This document shows, piece after piece, positions 53,081 through 64,000 of a DNA stretch of 64,000 nt. The translations under genes and the position numbers were made by a program. The DNA is taken from positions 310,001-374,000 of the forward strand of contig JASANG010004128.1 in the NCBI GenBank assembly GCA_030248215.1, written 5' to 3'. Each line of letters starts with the position of its first letter. Within the stretch, counting starts at the first letter, position 1. Source of the DNA: Enoplolaimus lenunculus. Lineage: Eukaryota. The notes below the pieces were generated by a model. The model did no database searches. It was given only the letters and a program-made list of their open reading frames with translations, and was not told the DNA's origin.

Positions 53081-56000
53081 TTATGACCTAAGCCGCCTTC
53101 TTAGCCGACTGTTGTGCCTGAGCAGTTGATAATTATTCAGTTGCCGGTACGCTGATGAATCGCATAGGCCAAAATAATCCAACGCAGTTGACAGTCCGTT
53201 TAAAAGTCCGTTACCATCCCGGCGAGTGAACGTTTGCCCTCGATGCATAGCTTCAATGAGCTCAGTTGCATCTGATAGCATTTGAAAGAACGATTCACTA
53301 TTTTCATTGTCTTTTAATTTAGATGACTTTAATGAATTTTTGTCATTCTCCTTTGTCGTTGGAGAAATTTGGCGAACTGCTGAGTTTGGTTCATCGTTTT
53401 GATTCAAAATCAAATCTAAAGAAGTTGACTGCTTTGGCCGAGGTGGTAGCTTGGCGTTTGATGTTTTGTAATTAGATTGTTTATCTTTGACATCTCCAGA
53501 ATTGAACGCGTCCGCAAATCCTATTGGTCGTATATAAAGATCATTGGAGCCAGTTGCTGAATCTGAAACCATTTGATCTTCTGTAGCTTGCTTGCTTTGA
53601 CCCCTGTGCTCCAACAACTTTGTCTGAATTTGTTTAGTTGTTGTTTGCAATGAATTTGGCGTAGTTTGCCGTAAGATCAAGTTTTGATAATATTCCACCG
53701 GGCCGCTATTTGTTTCAACAGGCAACGTTTTGTATCGATCCGTCTGATGGTTCACCAGTGTTGACGCTTGCTTACTGGGTTGCTTCCGAAACCGCAGAAA
53801 ATGTTGTGTTTTCGGTATTTTACTTTTTGATTTTAGTAGTTCACGTTTTAGTTGTAACTTTTGTTTATCATTCATCTTCGGTTGATCAGCAACAGATACA
53901 AGTCCGTATTTGTTCGAATGAATTCCTTTCGAAAATGTGTTGTCAACATTGCTTGTCTGCTTAAAGCTTGGATTTGAATTCAATCTCAAATACCGATTGG
54001 ATCGAGTTTGATATAGAGGTGACCGGTACGGAAATCCAAAAGCAGATACTTTATGGTGGACTGGTTGATATGCCTGTCGATTGAGTGTTTTGTCTGAAGG
54101 CCAATAATCGGTGACATAGCTACTACTTTTAGATGCAGCTGACGCAAGCGCGGGATCGTTTTGGGATCGATGATTGGCGAATTTAGTAGGATAGAAAAAT
54201 TTTGGCACTACAACTGGCAATTTTTGCGGTCTGTTAGCCAAATTAGTTAGCATCGATTGGAAATAGCGTTCGCGAAGTTCGAAAGATCTCAGAGACTGAG
54301 CGAGTCCAGCTCTTGGCCGAGATTTCTTAGTTGGCCTATGAGTTGTGGTTGCGAAACTGAACCGTTTTGTTGATGGCTTTGAAAGATTGAAAGGTTTTGC
54401 TGTAGTTTCAGTTGTTGTTTTTGAGCTCTTTTGAGCATTGCTAACAACTTCGTACGGACACACCTCAAACCACCATCTTCGATCTCTGAAACATCGTTTT
54501 ATTGTAGAAAAGTGTCACAAATTGTTAAGCAACATTTGGCCAACTGTTGAGTTGAATATTTTCCCCTACAGTTGTACATTTCTGAAACGTTACCGTCCGA
54601 CGCGAGCAAATAGAGTAAACGCCTTGTTATCGCGCTCTTTACATTTGAAATACTGCGACAGCGTTAAAATAGCTTAAAGAATTTTAAAATTCGCAAATTT
54701 AAATCACTAACATGTAAGCACGTACAACTTGAAATTCAATTGTAACATTGAATGACGCGAAATAAGATTTAATCATTCGGCACCTTATCGAATCTGGAAC
54801 GGGTTACTTTTTACTTTAATGAGTTTACCTTTGCCGATGATCGTAAATACTTTTCCATTCAGTTATCACCGTGTTGGTAGCACGTCGATGTCTAATGGAA
54901 CCCCTCCACTGATTCAGCAGTCCTGTTTGATAACACAGCTCTGTTCGAATTTTGACATTTCTTGATGAGCAACAGCGCAGTCTCCATCTAAAACCAGATT
55001 CAATGTTATTATGATGTTTGCATATCTGCTTATGTTTATTTTTTGGGTCAATGTATAGAACAGGGCCGCAACAGTAATATAAGCACACTAAGCCTAAAAC
55101 CTGAACCTAATCCACAGCCTAAGCGCAATGAGCTTATACGTAAGCCTAAGCCTAAGCAAAAAATAGTCTAAATTTTGAGCTTACTCTATTTTACTGTCCC
55201 GCATAAAAACGTTGCACCACTGTTCTTTTTACATGGGCCTTTTTTTGAAACCGGAATAGTGTTACCCAGTGCCTCGGTCCTAAACCGCGACGGTTCCCAA
55301 TCATATATATACATTTCATTAAAATGGACTTGAAGCAAGCTATAGCTATCACCAAATTTCGTCAAGGAAAACAGTCTACCCAAGAAGATTTACCGTTGAT
55401 GAAATCCTTTTTTTAAAATTGATACACCGGCAGTATAACTAGCATCCGGGCACGTCAGATCCATGTCACCATAGCTGGTATCTGTTGCGCTGCTCCAAAC
55501 GCACGACGTTCTCCCAGTCTGGAAATGAGAATGTTTAAAATAACATTGTAAACCAGCTGTTTGAGCTATATTCAATCCTTCAAAATGTAGTCTTTCACAG
55601 GGCCGCGCTAAACAGCGCACTCTAAAACGCCCTCAGTTGGGATCCTTGCGTCAGAAGAGTCCGGTGTTGAAAAGTAATATCAAATTAACAACTCCAATGA
55701 ATCGAAAAGTAAAATACTTGGTTGAAGTAAAGAAAGTAAAGCTATTTAATGTTGGTGAAGCCAGAAATTCCTAAACAGGGACGCTATTTTTGTTCTTCAT
55801 CACAGTTTTACTTAATAGTATATATTGCGAAAGTGTCAGCGGTACTGTTCTAGAAAACAGGTCACCCAAATTAACTCAAAGAACTTCTTGCTTTTTATTG
55901 AAAACGTATGGAAGTCTGTTTGAAAATCAATTTTAGCAGTATCACCAATAAAGAAATAAACAGTATAATGATTCGACCAAACAAATACATAAATGGTTGT

Positions 56001-57358
56001 GAGATAACAGTAAACCAGTCGTAGTGGGACTACATTTATTGAGCGAAGCTCGAACACACGTAACTAATTAAGGTAATATGCAAATTAGTTATTAGCTAAC
56101 TATTCATTTGTCGGTTTTGGAGGTTTATAAGCAATTTCCTCAGATTCCTCGCACGCAAAAACCTTTCAGCCACCCTAATAATTATTGGAATAATTCAAAA
56201 AGTCCTAATTTTATCTCGTCAATTAATCAAATATGCAAATTATCTATTAGCTAACTATTAGATAATCGCCTTTAAAGGTTTGTACACAATTTATTCAGAT
56301 TCCTCGCACCCGAAAACCCTTTAGTGCTGAAATGATATTGCTTTTAACCTTAATAATTATTGGAATAATTTAAAAAGGCCTAATTTTGCCTGGTCAATTA
56401 AGCTAATATGCAAATCAGCTATTAGATAACTATTCAATTATTGGTTTTGGAGGTTTGTAAACAATTTATTTAAATTTCTCGCACCTAAAATCCCTTTAGT
56501 GCTGAAATTCTGTTGCTTTTAACCTTAATAATTAGTGAAAGTTTGTAAAAAGTCCTAATTTAGGCTTATAAACTATGCTAATATGCAAATTATCTATTAG
56601 CTAACTGCTCAATTATCCGTTTTGAAGATTTGTAAACAGTCTACGCAGATTCCTCGCACGCAAAAACTCTTTAATGCTAAAATTAGATGGCTTCTAACTG
56701 TAATAAGTAGTGAAATATTGTGGAAAGTCCAAATTTAGGCTTAATTAATTATGCAAATTAGCGTTTAGCTAATAAACGGCTTAAAATTTTCAAACCCCAA
56801 TGCGAGGTTAACACTCCAGGATAATTGGCTCTCAAACAAAAAAAAAAGTTTGTCAAAATCGGTTCAGCCGTTCCTGAGATTCTTTTCGGACGGACAGACG
56901 GACAGACGGACATCCACCTTTCGACCCCTAAGTACAAAACATAAAACGCTTCGCGAAACTTCGAGCTTCGCTCAACAAACAATATTCTTTTCTACATTTT
57001 TGTATCTTTGCTAAAATTAGCAGGGTTTAATCCGAAACAGGCAAACATTCCCAAGCTTATTTTGTATAATTAAAACACAGATTAAGGACTGTGAACAAAA
57101 GAAACCACTGCCACATATGCGTGATTTTTTTGATGAACACAGTCCACTGCTAGCAGTAAATACCTTTAAGGTTGAAAGGTTTTCGCATCCAAAGTTATAC
57201 ACTCTTCGTTCGATGTCCCATCCGCGATACGAACTTTCAACTGTTGACAGCACGTGACCGTCTGGACACTTAAAATCAATCTTTCCGATGTTTTCTGACA
57301 GCGCAACATTAAATAAAAGTAATATATGCGTTAAAAGACTAATTGTTAAGCTAGTCAT
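53081..57358 (-). CDS. Secreted protein with dermatopontin-like N-terminal domain and long basic low-complexity tail, 4 exons, 627 aa
   Basis: Exons 57358-57164, 55518-55394, 54987-54829 and 54485-53081 are GT-AG and in frame (1884 nt). Signal peptide; DFKCPDGHVLSTVESSY..ERRVYNFGC; DLTCPDASYTAGV..RWRLRCC; LNQW..SIYDHRQRDRRWWFEVC, matching the repeated dermatopontin DRxW-x-C pattern. Confidence 0.75.
56012..56978 (-). mobile_element. Same DINE-1/HINE-like family, longer copy with an extra internal subrepeat (dermatopontin-like gene intron 1)
   Basis: Same termini, microsatellite and stem-loop; about 190 bp longer because of an extra central repeat. Confidence 0.8.
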
Positions 57359-59274
57359 GGTGCTGATATTACGATCTTTGGCAGATTGCAATTGCAAAAA
57401 AAACAAGACAATGTATATTAAGCCATGGTTATTTTCGAGTACTCCGGATCCAATCTTACACGGGTTACATATTGATTTAATTTAGTTATGTTTGCACTCA
57501 TAAACATGTGTAAAAATTTGTCTGAAAATTACACCTGACACTGTATTAAATGTATATAAAACGTGCGGCAAAACTGGCTCATATCATGCACCACCACACA
57601 TTGCAGTTTATAGGCCATTTGCGAATTGTGTACAAGTTAACCCATATAACAAACCAACTGGTCTTTGGTGTAACTTATATTCGATTATAATAGCAAATTT
57701 AAATTTGCTTCATATTAGGCGAAACTGAAAACAAAACGTATTTTTCAACAAATCGAATTCATTAATTATAATCCAGACAACGGTAACTACCATGTAGCTT
57801 TATAAATGAAAGTTGTAAAATGAATTTCTGGTTACTGCGCACTGTCGTTACCCGAATGGGGACTGATATGTATTTTGCCACTCCAGTGGATACCCCTGTT
57901 ACTCGGTGACTGACTGAGATTATTTCTAATGATCCCAATGTTAGTTCGACACTATACCGTTCTCTTTACTCTTTTATATCGTTTTACGGACTGAACTGCC
58001 CTGCTCCAAAGTTGTTTCGTTGATTGCAATGTTCGTTAGTCTTTTTTTGGATTTAATAAAGTTTTTGCGGTTGTCTGAGTGTATGTTACATATTTGTGCA
58101 GTCTAGGCCATTCTTCTGCTTTTGTCTCTTTTATGGACTCTAAATATGACTTATGGAATGTATCCATTAAAGAACTCTAATTAGAGCTTACAGACCCTAT
58201 TGATTGGGACTCAAAATGAGATACTTTTTTGTTAATCGTACCCACTTATTCCGCTCAGTACACTACGCAATTTATACGCTGTAGGAGGAAGTTGCCAGAC
58301 CAAACTCTTTGAAGATTTCGGGCACCTAAGCCGGGGACGCCTAAGGGCGGAGGTTCCCCCCTGGAAAAAGTTTTATCTCCCGAGAAAGATTAAACCGACG
58401 TAAAATCCTGGCATTCCCTTCTAAATTTAACACACATTCATGTTGAACTGTTGCGATCCTGAAAAATTTACAGTTTGTCATTGACTCAGATTTTTAGTTT
58501 CGAGCAAATCGGCAAATTCACAAGTTCACTTAGGTTTCCTTCGCTACGACTCATTAGCGGATCCAGCAAAATTAGCACCTTTATAATTTTATAGCATACA
58601 GGGAAAATTGCGTTTCGTAACTTTTGCCAGTCCACTCCCGTCAGAAATTTCTGGATCCGCCGCTACATGACCGTTTTTTTCTATTTTTCAGACCTTATAC
58701 GGAGCAAACATATGTCCTAATTTCAAAGTAACCAACATTTACTAATTCGCGTATGCACGCAATACGGCGACCTTAAACGCGATTCGATACTTCAAAACAC
58801 CTTGCGAACATAAGAGCACTCCACGTATCGCGCACAGAGTTAATATCTACTTTCGAATGCGAAGACGCATGAAATTGCGAGAAAACATTACACAAATTTT
58901 ATATAAAATACACAATCGTTGTGTTAATAGCTTTGCGTTTATAGAAATAGGAAAACAATTTTGATATTTGACCTAATTTCACATTTTGCTCTTAGCCAAA
59001 ATTGAAGCCTGATTTTGAGCTTAGATTTATAGGTTAACAGGTTTTAAATGTCAATGCATTCAAACAATTCTGCAGTATCTGTTTAAATTTTAGCTTGCAT
59101 ATATACATACATTCAGAAAATGTGCTCTCCAGGACATTTTATGACACATTTTAATAAAAAAAAAGATATAATACCGTGACGCAACCGATATGTTGTTCTA
59201 AATTTTAATATCAGTTTTTATTCATCTTCACAATTTATTGTTAACGATCAGCGTGGTAGCTGCTTTTAAGAATT

Positions 59275-59860
59275 TACGACAATTTGTCTCCCGGCAGCTT
59301 GTCGTCCGATATCTGGTCGCTAAACATAACGTCGACCCCGACGTGTTGTCGCCTCGACAATTCGTCCACTTCGACAAGTTCTGATCCCGACACATCGTCG
59401 ACCTCTACCATTCGTCGACAAAAAATTATACTTAAAATTAAGTAAAACTGTTGCCGAATTAAGTGTCGGTTTTACGTACTATGGTGCTTGGCAAAGTTTT
59501 ACTTAATATTAAGCGAACACAAAATTTTTTAACTTTACATTTACTAATTTTATCAGGAAATGACAGCAGTAGTTTTACTTACTTACAATTTTTAAGCAAA
59601 GATTTATTCAATATTACACTTATACTCAAAAAGTTTAGTAAAATACAACCATAGTATTTTAAGCAGAGTGTTTTTACAGAGACTTGTCGTCCTCAGAAAT
59701 TATCGACCTCGACAAATTGTCGTCCCAACAGCCGGTGCCCCGATATCTTGCCGACCCCGGCAACTTGTCTGATATCAAGTTGTCCGGTCGACGAATTGTC
59801 TCGGACAACGAAATATCGGACTACGAGTTTTCGGTCGACAAATTGTCGAGCAACGAATTG
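59275..59860. repeat. Element with two arms of degenerate cgacaa/ttgtcg subrepeats around an AT-rich core
   Basis: CG-rich short repeats at 59275-59420 and 59680-59860; probably a foldback-like MITE. Confidence 0.5.
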
Positions 59861-62800
59861 TGATACCGCATTTTACAGCCCACGTATTGCTAACACCAAC
59901 AAAAAATAGCGTTGTTTCAAAGTTCCTTATTTTGTTCACAAAACCTCTCTACAATTGCGATAGGTCTGAATCATGTTACAAAACGAAGCGGACAATAAAC
60001 CAGAAGCTGTTAACGCGGTTGCGGATTCAAGAAGTGTCTTGTGCCAGCCTTTTTAATTAATCAATTTTTAACTAAAAATAAACCTGACCATAGTTGAAAC
60101 TATACGGTCTGAGCAACGACATTTTAAAACGTTGCCGAAAGGAAAGCTTACGACAACGTACTGAACCACACCGTGAATATATTTTGCTAAATCCAAGCTT
60201 CAACAGCTTGAACACGCTTATCAAAAACAATCTATACGCAGCAAAAATTACTTAAGCCCCATTCGACATAACACAACTATTTAGCTGAACAGAAATTCAT
60301 GATAACCTGCTTATCCAGTGTACTTATACTTGCATGCGGCAACCATATTAACTTTGTACCCGTGCCACGTTCGGGTCCGTAGCCAAGGCGGGGGCACCGG
60401 GCTCTGCACCACTATAAAATTTTCAACATTGCTTATAACTTATTGGAAACTCATGAATGCGTCTCCTGAAAACTTTTAAGCTTCCCCTAGCAAGGCGAAC
60501 TGGCTAACGAGTCTGGCCACTTTCACTAAGTTGTCTGAGTGTCATATCAAAAGATTAATATTTTAATACTTAAAATCCGCACAAAGTATAATAAAATATA
60601 TTCAAATTAGACCAAACGCAACATTAATAGTTACTAATAAGACAACTTTGTATACACCGGCGCAAGTCTTAAAAGAGTTGCTTTACGCAAACGACCTCAA
60701 TTTTTACACGCGCGGATTGTTTATTTCTAAAATGCAAACTTTTACGAAATTTTAATAAAAATATAAAAGTTCACAAGGGCTTTTTTAAAACGTTTTCATT
60801 TTACGTAATATCCGTCTTGATCATTAACGTTCATGTGCATCCAATGCCACAACTGGATGGTCGGAAAAGAAAACATGAACGGTTAAATTTATTCAAAATA
60901 CACACAACTCACAATGCGCCGAAATGCATGCATGCAAAATGCACAAATTTTAATTCCAAAAATTGATCTGCTTCTCTTTCGTGTATACCGCGAATACAAG
61001 ATTTGTGTTTCGCCCTTGTAACTGCGGACACAATTGCGATAACTATCAGAGAAACACCGAAATGAGCAGTCAGGAGGGAAGATCAACCCTCATACCCGTG
61101 TTGATTGCTGTAAAGACAAAGCATGATATTGAGCAATCGTTAACGGTTGGCCAATCGTACGGAAAGAACCAATGGTTTGGTAGTTTGTTTCGGTTTCGGT
61201 TCCCACTAAACACCAATTTCCGGCATGCCACGGCGAATTAACGTAAAAATATACACAATTTTGCGCACATTGGTAGGTACACCACGCAATTGCGATTGTA
61301 CTAAAGTTTTCGGCGTTGTTTTTGTTATGTTTTATGTGTATTTTTTGTCGATCGTACTCCGCTGATTCACATTTGACTGCTTCCAAACGTTGAAAACGTA
61401 CTAAATAAAATCACGACGACTTTGAAAATTTTATGCATGGAAATATCGATCAATATATAATGTTGAAAGATGATGAATAAATTTGTTACGCAACCTTTCT
61501 AGAAATCGATGTTACATCCGAGTTTATTCGTTTGTCATTTGATTAATGATTGGAAGTTTTATTCCAAGGCAATTTGGTTAAACCAAGACATTATGATGAC
61601 TCAATAGATGAGAGTAGCGATTAATAACCCATGTGAATTATGGACGCCTGTTCATCTGGAGGACATGGAGCCCGGTGGACGAAGAAAATGAGTAGCTAAT
61701 GCAAGCTATGCCTACGATTAGAATAAGGCGTATGTATGGACATACGCTAGACTTTGGTTTGGGCTCAGTTTAGGCTTTGGCTTAGGCTTAGCGGGCAAGC
61801 CATTAAAATTAACATGGACCCGACTAACATTATTTTGTTGTACATCAAATGAACCCAGCATGCGTTGCTTCTTAACTCTTCCTCAAACCAAATTGTCTAA
61901 CTTAGCACGCGATACGCTATTGGAATTAGTGCTTTGTGCATTGGAAACATCCCAAGTGTTGAGAACGCATGCAGACTACCTTAATCCAGTTGACGGATAA
62001 GAGCACAATGGGAACGCGTAATATTCGCCACACGTCTATGCATCACCGTTCAATGCTAAATGCTTTGATCTACTTTACATAAAAACTGAAGAAAACCTAT
62101 TTCACGCCGTTAAATGAAACTTGCTGCATGGCACCATTCAAGTATTAATTCAATTTTATTGTAGTGTGAAACATAAAATAATACCAAATTACAACAAAAC
62201 GACTCGTTTCCAAGTTATCGATATGTGCGTACGATTAAAAACCAACAACAGTTCAACATTTTTACACAAAACAGCAGGTTTAAAAGTTCAAGACACCTCA
62301 TGTGTTAAAAATTTAAGACAAATGATTCAACGTTTAAAAATACCCAAGACATTTTTGACTCAAGTATTTGTAGTTTAGATGTTATAATTTCTACTGATTA
62401 ATGTTGCTAATCTTTAAAACATGAAGTTAGGTGCACTCTGCTTTGAAGAAGGTTTCCGCAATTTGTGTTTATATACACATAATTTGATTAAACTTCAATT
62501 ACGTAACCTGCCGTTGGTTCACGGCGTCATTCTTTTCCTGCCACAAGTGTACATTTTGTGATTGATAATTACATTAATGCCATACTCAAATACGATTAGC
62601 TGATGCAAATTCTCGTTTCTGATTGGCTAAATAATCGTAATCAGTTGGTTTCCAGTTTAATTTACTAAGCTATGTGGAATGAAACTGATTTACGACTATC
62701 AAGTAACCAATCAGAAAACGGGCAGATTTATCCGACATAACAACATCTTGGGCTAGCCCAAGTGTTAATTCCGCTTTGGACTGGTCCAATTCAGAATTGG

Positions 62801-64000
62801 GCTGAGTTACCCATTGGGTTTTGACATATATACAATACGTTTTGCACTGCTTAGCGATCTTTGAAGTTTGTTTTAGTGTGAAAATTTTGACAAATTATGG
62901 AAGTTGTAGAAAGTCAATTAAAATTCGCACAGTCGACCAACTACGCTCATGGAACAAAATTTCTGTGGTATGCAAAGCAGGAACCTTTTACCATAATTTA
63001 CACCGTATTTCTTTTACAGCAATCGCTATATTTACATATCCCAAAGCAACACAAGCTGACTTCTGACGCACCGTTTGACTATCGTATTGTTGCTTATGCA
63101 ATTCGACTAAAAATATAGATCGGCGTACAATATTGCCAAGCTTGCAGCGCGATGCGGTTGCTGAAGTGTTCTAAGACACTTGTAGCCTGCAAGTAAACTG
63201 TTGTTATTGATGGAAAAGACGCAGAGCAACATCACAATCTATATAAAGTGAATATATTGTAACTTTTTCGCAGCAAACTTAAAAGCAAGACTTCGTTGAT
63301 TTTTTTTCAATGTGTTGCATAAAGTGACGAACGTTTGTAAGGTTTACTTAAATGTGAGTTGTTTTACTTTAACAAATATGTCTATTTAGTTCTTTAATTA
63401 ATTATGCACAAACTCACTTTTCAACTGAATACTCAATGATTCTAAATTTGAATTCATTTATTGCTTAAATTATTTATTTTTGTCCCGACAACATCTTAAA
63501 ATAAAAACCACAATACATCCCACATCCCAGTGCGTGATGTAACGGTGTTTTTGTTGTTTCTCTTTTTAACCCATGTAACAAGATCAGGGGCCAAGAGTTT
63601 TTCTGTGTGACAAGAATGGAATAAGCTTAAGATTTGGATTATTTTTTTGCTTGGTTTAGGCTTATGCTAGGCTTAGGAATATGCTTATCATACTGTTCCG
63701 CCCCTGTTTTTTACATTGGCCCTCTTTTTTAACATAGAATTATATGGATGAAAATTTACAGAAACGATGCCAAGCTTGCGTAATATCGGCGTTCCAACTT
63801 TAATAATGCCGCAGATTAGAGGAAGATTGTATCTCAGTCAACAATGGTTACTAAAATCTATTCGAATACTAAAAACAGATCGTAAAGTTCAATAATATAA
63901 ACATTGTTTGGTTTCAATAACAGTCAACGTGGACAATTTCGGATCTGTATATAATGAACTGCGTAATTAAGCTTGACACAGTTGAAAATATATCTACAAT

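Noticed and set aside
60889..63240. Short ORFs and acceptor-like sites suggesting a further gene
   Set aside because: No consistent exon chain or recognisable protein motif could be assembled by eye; a divergent gene cannot be excluded.

Overview
AT-rich, intron-containing eukaryotic DNA from an invertebrate. It is most likely a nematode, inferred from the tropomyosin C-terminal exon, the SapA+GILT protein, TTTCAG-like acceptors and TTAGGC-like repeats. Manual splicing gives: a tropomyosin terminal exon (+, 1371-1453); a complete 10-exon POGLUT2/3 (KDELC-type) gene (+, 7263-14136); a complete 7-exon IST1 gene (-, 25266-16534) with a decayed RTE-type LINE in intron 2; a complete 14-exon COPS3/CSN3 gene (-, 43924-34678); an intronless saposin-A+GILT thiol reductase (-, 48821-48027); and a secreted dermatopontin-like gene (-, 57358-53081). 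Introns and intergenic DNA are full of non-autonomous DNA elements (DINE-1/Helentron-like, hAT-like and TA-flanked MITEs, and a MITE carrying telomere-like repeats). The most notable structure lies about 110 bp upstream of the IST1 ATG. Two related miniature LTR retrotransposons (TRIMs) sit tail-to-tail 12 bp apart. Each has a 5-bp TSD, a tRNA-Gln-type primer-binding site, a polypurine tract, a 96-bp internal region and a tRNA-like Pol III cassette inside its LTRs. Other oddities are an apparent TT-AG intron in IST1 and a recent tandem duplication of a symmetric COPS3 exon. All calls were made by eye, without database searches.
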